Part shown: positions 34,845 to 45,248 of the stretch, one piece after another
How positions within the stretch are numbered: the stretch's first letter is position 1
Layout of the letters: every line of letters starts with the position of its first letter
From: Felis catus
Lineage: Eukaryota
Direction: 5' to 3'
DNA length: 45,248 nt
NCBI RefSeq assembly: GCF_018350175.1
Contig: NC_058368.1
Coordinates: 239,322,001 to 239,367,248 of the forward strand
Translations under genes and position numbers: made by a program
The notes under the pieces: generated by a model
Seen by the model: the letters and a program-made list of their open reading frames with translations, nothing else
What the model was told of the DNA's origin: nothing
Databases searched by the model: none

Positions 34845-37800
34845 GGTTAGGGTTAGGGTTAGGGTTAGGGTTAGGGTTAGGGTTAGGGGTTAGGGTTAGG
34901 GTTAGGGTTAGGGTTAGGGTTAGGGTTAGGGTTAGGGTTAGGGTTAGGGTTAGGGTTAGGGTTAGGGGTTAGGGTTAGGGTTAGGGTTAGGGTTAGGGTT
35001 AGGGTTAGGGTTAGGGTTAGGGTTAGGGTTAGGGTTAGGGTTAGGGTTAGGGTTAGGGTTAGGGTTAGGGTTAGGGTTAGGGTTAGGGTTAGGGTTAGGG
35101 TTAGGGTTAGGGTTAAGGTTAGGGTTAGGGTTAGGGTTAGGGTTAGGGTTAGGGTTAGGGTTAGGGTTAGGGTTAGGGTTAGGGTTAGGGTTAGGGTTAG
35201 GGTTAGGGTTAGGGTTAGGGTTAGGGTTAGGGTTAGGGTTAGGGTTAGGGTTAGGGTTAGGGTTAGGGTTAGGGTTAGGGTTAGGGTTAGGGTTAGGGTT
35301 AGGGTTAGGGTTAGGGTTAGGGTTAGGGTTAGGGTTAGGGTTAGGGTTAGGGTTAGGGTTAGGGTTAGGGTTAGGGTTAGGGTTAGGGTTAGGGTTAGGG
35401 TTAGGGTTAGGGTTAGGGTTAGGGTTAGGGTTAGGGTTAGGGTTAGGGTTAGGGTTAGGGTTAGGGTTAGGGTTAGGGTTAGGGTTAGGGTTAGGGTTAG
35501 GGTTAGGGTTAGGGTTAGGGTTAGGGTTAGGGTTAGGGTTAGGGTTAGGGTTAGGGTTAGGGTTAGGGTTAGGGTTAGGGTTAGGGTTAGGGTTAGGGTT
35601 AGGGTTAGGGTTAGGGTTAGGGTTAGGGTTAGGGTTAGGGTTAGGGTTAGGGTTAGGGTTAGGGTTAGGGTTAGGGTTAGGGTTAGGGTTAGGGTTAGGG
35701 TTAGGGTTAGGGTTAGGGTTAGGGTTAGGGTTAGGGTTAGGGTTAGGGTTAGGGTTAGGGTTAGGGTTAGGGTTAGGGTTAGGGTTAGGGTTAGGGTTAG
35801 GGTTAGGGTTAGGGTTAGGGTTAGGGTTAGGGTTAGGGTTAGGGTTAGGGTTAGGGTTAGGGTTAGGGTTAGGGTTAGGGTTAGGGTTAGGGTTAGGGTT
35901 AGGGTTAGGGTTAGGGTTAGGGTTAGGGTTAGGGTTAGGGTTAGGGTTAGGGTTAGGGTTAGGGTTAGGGTTAGGGTTAGGGTTAGGGTTAGGGTTAGGG
36001 TTAGGGTTAGGGTTAGGGTTAGGGTTAGGGTTAGGGTTAGGGTTAGGGTTAGGGTTAGGGTTAGGGTTAGGGTTAGGGTTAGGGTTAGGGTTAGGGTTAG
36101 GGTTAGGGTTAGGGTTAGGGTTAGGGTTAGGGTTAGGGTTAGGGTTAGGGTTAGGGTTAGGGTTAGGGTTAGGGTTAGGGTTAGGGTTAGGGTTAGGGTT
36201 AGGGTTAGGGTTAGGGTTAGGGTTAGGGTTAGGGTTAGGGTTAGGGTTAGGGTTAGGGTTAGGGTTAGGGTTAGGGTTAGGGTTAGGGTTAGGGTTAGGG
36301 TTAGGGTTAGGGTTAGGGTTAGGGTTAGGGTTAGGGTTAGGGTTAGGGTTAGGGTTAGGGTTAGGGTTAGGGTTAGGGTTAGGGTTAGGGTTAGGGTTAG
36401 GGTTAGGGTTAGGGTTAGGGTTAGGGTTAGGGTTAGGGTTAGGGTTAGGGTTAGGGTTAGGGTTAGGGTTAGGGTTAGGGTTAGGGTTAGGGTTAGGGTT
36501 AGGGTTAGGGTTAGGGTTAGGGTTAGGGTTAGGGTTAGGGTTAGGGTTAGGGTTAGGGTTAGGGTTAGGGTTAGGGTTAGGGTTAGGGTTAGGGTTAGGG
36601 TTAGGGTTAGGGTTAGGGTTAGGGTTAGGGTTAGGGTTAGGGTTAGGGTTAGGGTTAGGGTTAGGGTTAGGGTTAGGGTTAGGGTTAGGGTTAGGGTTAG
36701 GGTTAGGGTTAGGGTTAGGGTTAGGGTTAGGGTTAGGGTTAGGGTTAGGGTTAGGGTTAGGGTTAGGGTTAGGGTTAGGGTTAGGGTTAGGGTTAGGGTT
36801 AGGGTTAGGGTTAGGGTTAGGGTTAGGGTTAGGGTTAGGGTTAGGGTTAGGGTTAGGGTTAGGGTTAGGGTTAGGGTTAGGGTTAGGGTTAGGGTTAGGG
36901 TTAGGGTTAGGGTTAGGGTTAGGGTTAGGGTTAGGGTTAGGGTTAGGGTTAGGGTTAGGGTTAGGGTTAGGGTTAGGGTTAGGGTTAGGGTTAGGGTTAG
37001 GGTTAGGGTTAGGGTTAGGGTTAGGGTTAGGGTTAGGGTTAGGGTTAGGGTTAGGGTTAGGGTTAGGGTTAGGGTTAGGGTTAGGGTTAGGGTTAGGGTT
37101 AGGGTTAGGGTTAGGGTTAGGGTTAGGGTTAGGGTTAGGGTTAGGGTTAGGGTTAGGGTTAGGGTTAGGGTTAGGGTTAGGGTTAGGGTTAGGGTTAGGG
37201 TTAGGGTTAGGGTTAGGGTTAGGGTTAGGGTTAGGGTTAGGGTTAGGGTTAGGGTTAGGGTTAGGGTTAGGGTTAGGGTTAGGGTTAGGGTTAGGGTTAG
37301 GGTTAGGGTTAGGGTTAGGGTTAGGGTTAGGGTTAGGGTTAGGGTTAGGGTTAGGGTTAGGGTTAGGGTTAGGGTTAGGGTTAGGGTTAGGGTTAGGGTT
37401 AGGGTTAGGGTTAGGGTTAGGGTTAGGGTTAGGGTTAGGGTTAGGGTTAGGGTTAGGGTTAGGGTTAGGGTTAGGGTTAGGGTTAGGGTTAGGGTTAGGG
37501 TTAGGGTTAGGGTTAGGGTTAGGGTTAGGGTTAGGGTTAGGGTTAGGGTTAGGGTTAGGGTTAGGGTTAGGGTTAGGGTTAGGGTTAGGGTTAGGGTTAG
37601 GGTTAGGGTTAGGGTTAGGGTTAGGGTTAGGGTTAGGGTTAGGGTTAGGGTTAGGGTTAGGGTTAGGGTTAGGGTTAGGGTTAGGGTTAGGGTTAGGGTT
37701 AGGGTTAGGGTTAGGGTTAGGGTTAGGGTTAGGGTTAGGGTTAGGGTTAGGGTTAGGGTTAGGGTTAGGGTTAGGGTTAGGGTTAGGGTTAGGGTTAGGG

Positions 37801-40800
37801 TTAGGGTTAGGGTTAGGGTTAGGGTTAGGGTTAGGGTTAGGGTTAGGGTTAGGGTTAGGGTTAGGGTTAGGGTTAGGGTTAGGGTTAGGGTTAGGGTTAG
37901 GGTTAGGGTTAGGGTTAGGGTTAGGGTTAGGGTTAGGGTTAGGGTTAGGGTTAGGGTTAGGGTTAGGGTTAGGGTTAGGGTTAGGGTTAGGGTTAGGGTT
38001 AGGGTTAGGGTTAGGGTTAGGGTTAGGGTTAGGGTTAGGGTTAGGGTTAGGGTTAGGGTTAGGGTTAGGGTTAGGGTTAGGGTTAGGGTTAGGGTTAGGG
38101 TTAGGGTTAGGGTTAGGGTTAGGGTTAGGGTTAGGGTTAGGGTTAGGGTTAGGGTTAGGGTTAGGGTTAGGGTTAGGGTTAGGGTTAGGGTTAGGGTTAG
38201 GGTTAGGGTTAGGGTTAGGGTTAGGGTTAGGGTTAGGGTTAGGGTTAGGGTTAGGGTTAGGGTTAGGGTTAGGGTTAGGGTTAGGGTTAGGGTTAGGGTT
38301 AGGGTTAGGGTTAGGGTTAGGGTTAGGGTTAGGGTTAGGGTTAGGGTTAGGGTTAGGGTTAGGGTTAGGGTTAGGGTTAGGGTTAGGGTTAGGGTTAGGG
38401 TTAGGGTTAGGGTTAGGGTTAGGGTTAGGGTTAGGGTTAGGGTTAGGGTTAGGGTTAGGGTTAGGGTTAGGGTTAGGGTTAGGGTTAGGGTTAGGGTTAG
38501 GGTTAGGGTTAGGGTTAGGGTTAGGGTTAGGGTTAGGGTTAGGGTTAGGGTTAGGGTTAGGGTTAGGGTTAGGGTTAGGGTTAGGGTTAGGGTTAGGGTT
38601 AGGGTTAGGGTTAGGGTTAGGGTTAGGGTTAGGGTTAGGGTTAGGGTTAGGGTTAGGGTTAGGGTTAGGGTTAGGGTTAGGGTTAGGGTTAGGGTTAGGG
38701 TTAGGGTTAGGGTTAGGGTTAGGGTTAGGGTTAGGGTTAGGGTTAGGGTTAGGGTTAGGGTTAGGGTTAGGGTTAGGGTTAGGGTTAGGGTTAGGGTTAG
38801 GGTTAGGGTTAGGGTTAGGGTTAGGGTTAGGGTTAGGGTTAGGGTTAGGGTTAGGGTTAGGGTTAGGGTTAGGGTTAGGGTTAGGGTTAGGGTTAGGGTT
38901 AGGGTTAGGGTTAGGGTTAGGGTTAGGGTTAGGGTTAGGGTTAGGGTTAGGGTTAGGGTTAGGGTTAGGGTTAGGGTTAGGGTTAGGGTTAGGGTTAGGG
39001 TTAGGGTTAGGGTTAGGGTTAGGGTTAGGGTTAGGGTTAGGGTTAGGGTTAGGGTTAGGGTTAGGGTTAGGGTTAGGGTTAGGGTTAGGGTTAGGGTTAG
39101 GGTTAGGGTTAGGGTTAGGGTTAGGGTTAGGGTTAGGGTTAGGGTTAGGGTTAGGGTTAGGGTTAGGGTTAGGGTTAGGGTTAGGGTTAGGGTTAGGGTT
39201 AGGGTTAGGGTTAGGGTTAGGGTTAGGGTTAGGGTTAGGGTTAGGGTTAGGGTTAGGGTTAGGGTTAGGGTTAGGGTTAGGGTTAGGGTTAGGGTTAGGG
39301 TTAGGGTTAGGGTTAGGGTTAGGGTTAGGGTTAGGGTTAGGGTTAGGGTTAGGGTTAGGGTTAGGGTTAGGGTTAGGGTTAGGGTTAGGGTTAGGGTTAG
39401 GGTTAGGGTTAGGGTTAGGGTTAGGGTTAGGGTTAGGGTTAGGGTTAGGGTTAGGGTTAGGGTTAGGGTTAGGGTTAGGGTTAGGGTTAGGGTTAGGGTT
39501 AGGGTTAGGGTTAGGGTTAGGGTTAGGGTTAGGGTTAGGGTTAGGGTTAGGGTTAGGGTTAGGGTTAGGGTTAGGGTTAGGGTTAGGGTTAGGGTTAGGG
39601 TTAGGGTTAGGGTTAGGGTTAGGGTTAGGGTTAGGGTTAGGGTTAGGGTTAGGGTTAGGGTTAGGGTTAGGGTTAGGGTTAGGGTTAGGGTTAGGGTTAG
39701 GGTTAGGGTTAGGGTTAGGGTTAGGGTTAGGGTTAGGGTTAGGGTTAGGGTTAGGGTTAGGGTTAGGGTTAGGGTTAGGGTTAGGGTTAGGGTTAGGGTT
39801 AGGGTTAGGGTTAGGGTTAGGGTTAGGGTTAGGGTTAGGGTTAGGGTTAGGGTTAGGGTTAGGGTTAGGGTTAGGGTTAGGGTTAGGGTTAGGGTTAGGG
39901 TTAGGGTTAGGGTTAGGGTTAGGGTTAGGGTTAGGGTTAGGGTTAGGGTTAGGGTTAGGGTTAGGGTTAGGGTTAGGGTTAGGGTTAGGGTTAGGGTTAG
40001 GGTTAGGGTTAGGGTTAGGGTTAGGGTTAGGGTTAGGGTTAGGGTTAGGGTTAGGGTTAGGGTTAGGGTTAGGGTTAGGGTTAGGGTTAGGGTTAGGGTT
40101 AGGGTTAGGGTTAGGGTTAGGGTTAGGGTTAGGGTTAGGGTTAGGGTTAGGGTTAGGGTTAGGGTTAGGGTTAGGGTTAGGGTTAGGGTTAGGGTTAGGG
40201 TTAGGGTTAGGGTTAGGGTTAGGGTTAGGGTTAGGGTTAGGGTTAGGGTTAGGGTTAGGGTTAGGGTTAGGGTTAGGGTTAGGGTTAGGGTTAGGGTTAG
40301 GGTTAGGGTTAGGGTTAGGGTTAGGGTTAGGGTTAGGGTTAGGGTTAGGGTTAGGGTTAGGGTTAGGGTTAGGGTTAGGGTTAGGGTTAGGGTTAGGGTT
40401 AGGGTTAGGGTTAGGGTTAGGGTTAGGGTTAGGGTTAGGGTTAGGGTTAGGGTTAGGGTTAGGGTTAGGGTTAGGGTTAGGGTTAGGGTTAGGGTTAGGG
40501 TTAGGGTTAGGGTTAGGGTTAGGGTTAGGGTTAGGGTTAGGGTTAGGGTTAGGGTTAGGGTTAGGGTTAGGGTTAGGGTTAGGGTTAGGGTTAGGGTTAG
40601 GGTTAGGGTTAGGGTTAGGGTTAGGGTTAGGGTTAGGGTTAGGGTTAGGGTTAGGGTTAGGGTTAGGGTTAGGGTTAGGGTTAGGGTTAGGGTTAGGGTT
40701 AGGGTTAGGGTTAGGGTTAGGGTTAGGGTTAGGGTTAGGGTTAGGGTTAGGGTTAGGGTTAGGGTTAGGGTTAGGGTTAGGGTTAGGGTTAGGGTTAGGG

Positions 40801-41975
40801 TTAGGGTTAGGGTTAGGGTTAGGGTTAGGGTTAGGGTTAGGGTTAGGGTTAGGGTTAGGGTTAGGGTTAGGGTTAGGGTTAGGGTTAGGGTTAGGGTTAG
40901 GGTTAGGGTTAGGGTTAGGGTTAGGGTTAGGGTTAGGGTTAGGGTTAGGGTTAGGGTTAGGGTTAGGGTTAGGGTTAGGGTTAGGGTTAGGGTTAGGGTT
41001 AGGGTTAGGGTTAGGGTTAGGGTTAGGGTTAGGGTTAGGGTTAGGGTTAGGGTTAGGGTTAGGGTTAGGGTTAGGGTTAGGGTTAGGGTTAGGGTTAGGG
41101 TTAGGGTTAGGGTTAGGGTTAGGGTTAGGGTTAGGGTTAGGGTTAGGGTTAGGGTTAGGGTTAGGGTTAGGGTTAGGGTTAGGGTTAGGGTTAGGGTTAG
41201 GGTTAGGGTTAGGGTTAGGGTTAGGGTTAGGGTTAGGGTTAGGGTTAGGGTTAGGGTTAGGGTTAGGGTTAGGGTTAGGGTTAGGGTTAGGGTTAGGGTT
41301 AGGGTTAGGGTTAGGGTTAGGGTTAGGGTTAGGGTTAGGGTTAGGGTTAGGGTTAGGGTTAGGGTTAGGGTTAGGGTTAGGGTTAGGGTTAGGGTTAGGG
41401 TTAGGGTTAGGGTTAGGGTTAGGGTTAGGGTTAGGGTTAGGGTTAGGGTTAGGGTTAGGGTTAGGGTTAGGGTTAGGGTTAGGGTTAGGGTTAGGGTTAG
41501 GGTTAGGGTTAGGGTTAGGGTTAGGGTTAGGGTTAGGGTTAGGGTTAGGGTTAGGGTTAGGGTTAGGGTTAGGGTTAGGGTTAGGGTTAGGGTTAGGGTT
41601 AGGGTTAGGGTTAGGGTTAGGGTTAGGGTTAGGGTTAGGGTTAGGGTTAGGGTTAGGGTTAGGGTTAGGGTTAGGGTTAGGGTTAGGGTTAGGGTTAGGG
41701 TTAGGGTTAGGGTTAGGGTTAGGGTTAGGGTTAGGGTTAGGGTTAGGGTTAGGGTTAGGGTTAGGGTTAGGGTTAGGGTTAGGGTTAGGGTTAGGGTTAG
41801 GGTTAGGGTTAGGGTTAGGGTTAGGGTTAGGGTTAGGGTTAGGGTTAGGGTTAGGGTTAGGGTTAGGGTTAGGGTTAGGGTTAGGGTTAGGGTTAGGGTT
41901 AGGGTTAGGGTTAGGGTTAGGGTTAGGTTAGGGTTAGGGTTAGGGTTAGGGTTAGGGTTAGGGTTAGGGTTAGGG

Positions 41976-42045
<70 letters not shown>

Positions 42046-42163
42046 GGGTTAGGGTTAGGGTTAGGGTTAGGGTTAGGGTTAGGGTTAGGGTTAGGGTTAG
42101 GGTTAGGGTTAGGGTTAGGGTTAGGGTTAGGGTTAGGGTTAGGGTTAGGGTTAGGGTTAGGGA

Positions 42164-42198
<35 letters not shown>

Positions 42199-42270
42199 GG
42201 TTAGGGTTAGGGTTAGGGTTAGGGTTAAAGGGTTAGGGGTTAGGGTTAGGGTTAGGGTTAGGGTTAGGGT
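34638..42270 (+). repeat. Vertebrate telomeric array (TTAGGG)n, ~7.6 kb, G-strand pointing to the chromosome end
   Basis: Seen directly. A few variant units in the first ~480 bp, apparently pure from ~35120 to ~41920, increasingly noisy afterwards. Confidence 0.99.
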
Positions 42271-45248
42271 TATTGTTAGGTTTGGGGTTAGGGTTAGGGT
42301 TTAGGTTAAAGGGTTTATTTAGGGTTAGGTTTAGGTTTAGGGTTATTAAATTTATTTAAATTTAATGTTTAGTGTTAGGGTAACTTTTAACTTTAAACTT
42401 AGGGTTAACTTTACTTTAACTTTTACTTTTTAGTTTTAGGGTTAGGGTTTAACTTTTACTTTAATTTTATTTAACTTTAACTTTATTTAACTTTAACTTT
42501 AACTTTAATTTAACTTTAATTACTTTAACTTTAACTTTAATTTAACTTTAACTTTAAACTTTAACTTTAACTTTAAATTTAACTTTAACTTTAACTTTAA
42601 CTTTAACTTTAAACTTTAACTTTAAATTTAACTTTAACTTTAACTTTAACTTTAACTTTAACTTTAACTTTAACTTTAACTTTAACTTAACTTTAACTTT
42701 AACTTTATTACTTAACTTTAACTTTAACTTTAACTTTAACTTTAACTTAACTTTAACTTTAACTTTAACTTTAACTTTAACTTTAACTTTAACTTTAACT
42801 TTAACTTTAACTTTAACTTTAACTTTAACTTTTAACTTTAACTTTAACTTTAACTTTTAACTTACTTAACTTTAACTTTAACTTTAAATTTAAACTTTAA
42901 CGTTTAACTTTAACTTTAAACTTTAACTTTAACTCTACTTAACTTTAACTTTAACTATAACTTTAACTTTAACTTTAACTTAAACTTAAATTTAAACTTT
43001 AACTTTAACTTTAACTTTAACTTTAACTTTAACATTAAAATTAACTTTAACTTTAACTTTTAACTTTAACTTTTAACTTTAACTTTAACTTTAACTTTAA
43101 CTTTAACTTTAACTTTAACTTTAACTTTAACTTTAACTTTAACTTTAACTTTAACTTTAACTTTAACTTTAACTTTAACTTTAACTTTAACTTTAACTTT
43201 TAACTTTAACTTTAACTTTAACTTTAACGTTTAACTTTAACTTTAACTTTAACTTTAACTTTAACTTTAACTTTAACTTTAACTTTAACTTTAACTTTAA
43301 CTTTACCTTTAACTTTAACTTTAACTTTAACTTTAACTTTAACTTTAACTTTAACTTAACTTTAACTTTAACTTTAACTTTAACTTTAACTTTAACTTTA
43401 ACTTTAACTTTAACTTTAACTTTAACTTTAACTTTAACTTTAACTTAACTTTAACTTTAACTTTAACTTGAAACTTTAACTTTAACTTTAACTTTAACTT
43501 TAACCTTTAACTTTAACTTTAAACTTTAACTTTAACTTTAACTTTAACTTTAACTTTAACTTTAACTTTAACTTTAACTTTAACTTTAAATAACTTTAAC
43601 GTTAACTTTAACTTTAACTTTAACTTTAACTTTAACTTTTAACTTTAACTTTAACTTTAACTTTAACTTTAACTTTAACTTTAACTTTAACTTTAACTTT
43701 AACTTTAACTTTAACTTTAACTTTAACTTTAACTTTAACTTTAACTTTAACTTTAACTTTAACTTTAACTTTAACTTTAACTTTAACTTTAACTTTAACT
43801 TTAACTTTAACTTTAACTTTAACTTTAACTTTAACTTTAACTTTAACTTTAACTTTACTTTAACTTTAACTTTAACTTTAACTTTAACTTTAACTTTAAC
43901 TTTAACTGTTAACTTTAACTTTAAACTTAACTTTAACTTTAAACTTAACTTTAACTTTAACTTTAACTTTAACTTTAACTTTAACTTTAACTTTAACTTT
44001 AACTTTACACTTTAACTTTAACTTTAACTTTAACTTTAACTTTAACTTTAACTTTAACTTTAACTTTAACTTTAACTTTAACTTTAACTTTAACTTTAAC
44101 TTTAACTTTTAACTTTAACTTTAACTTTAACTTTAACTTTAACTTTAACTTTAACTTTAACTTTAACTTTAACTTTAACTTTAACTTTAACTTTAACTTT
44201 AACTTTAACTTTAACTTTAACTTTAACTTTAACTTAACTTTAACTTTAACTTTAACTTTAACTTTAACTTTAACTTTAACTTTAACTTTAACTTTAAACT
44301 TTAACTTAACGTTTAACTTTAACTTTTAACTTAACTTTAACTTTAACTTTAACTTAACTTTAACTTAACTTTAACTTTAACTTAACTTTAACTTTAACTT
44401 TAACTTTAACTTTAACTTTAACTTTAACTTTAACTTTAACTTTAACTTTAACTTTAACTTTAACTTTAACTTTAACTTTAACTTTAACTTTAAACTTTAA
44501 CTTTAACTTTAACTTTAACTTTAACTTTAACTTAACTTTAACTTTAACTTTAACTTTAACTTTAAACTTTAACTTTAACTTTAACTTTAACTTTAAACTT
44601 TAACTTTAACTTTAACTTTAACTTTAACTTTAACTTTAACTTTAACTTTAACTTTAACTTTAACTTTAACTTTAACTTAACTTTAACTTTAACTTTAACT
44701 TTAACTTTAACTTTAACTTTAACTTTAAACTTTAACTTTAACTTTAACTTTAACTTTAACTTTAAACTTTAACTTAACTTTAACTTTAACGTTAACTTTA
44801 ACTTTAACTTTAACTTTAACTTTAACTTTAACTTTAACTTTAACTTTAACGTTAACTTTAACTTTAACTTTAACTTTAACTTTAACTTTAACTTTAACTT
44901 TAACTTTAACTTTAACTTTAACTTTAACTTTAACTTAACTTTTAACTTTAACTTTAACTTTACACTTTAACTTTAACTTAACTTTAACTTTAACTTAACT
45001 TTAACTTTAACTTTAACTTTAACTTTAACTTTAACTTTAACTTTAACTTTAACTTTAACTTTAACTTTAACTTTAACTTTAAGCTTTAACTTTAACTTTA
45101 ACTTTAACTTTAACTTTAAACTGAACTTTAACTTTAACTTTAACTTTAACTTTAACTTTAACTTTTAACTTTTAACCTTTAACTTTTTAACTTTAACTTT
45201 AAACTTTAACTTTAAAGTTAACTTTAAACTGTAACTGTAACTTTAACT
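42270..45248 (+). repeat. (TTAACT)n / (CTTTAA)n hexamer array distal to the telomere, with a mixed zone at ~42270-42460
   Basis: Seen directly, with frequent 1-nt indels. The confidence is for its presence in this assembly, not for its biological reality. Confidence 0.95.

Overview
Mammalian chromosome end, most likely from a feliform carnivore because it carries feline-type Can-SINEs. About 34.6 kb of ordinary repeat-rich unique DNA runs abruptly into a ~7.6 kb (TTAGGG)n telomere. This telomere then switches, through a ~200 bp mixed zone, to ~2.8 kb of (TTAACT)n, equivalent to (CTTTAA)n, at the very end. The unique part contains old L1, L2, MIR, MaLR/ERVL LTR and MER58 relics, six to seven Can-SINEs, a younger L1 nested in an older one, and a 1.7 kb GT/GA minisatellite. 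A CpG island at ~25.0-25.95 kb holds a 37-bp G-rich VNTR and a convincing minus-strand first coding exon (Kozak ATG plus GT donor) of a gene I cannot name. The most striking feature is the terminal non-canonical hexamer array. It is most probably a long-read basecalling or consensus artefact, but it would be remarkable if real. None of the long ORFs in the track is a credible gene. Repeat families were assigned by eye from remembered consensus motifs, so subfamily calls and boundaries are approximate.
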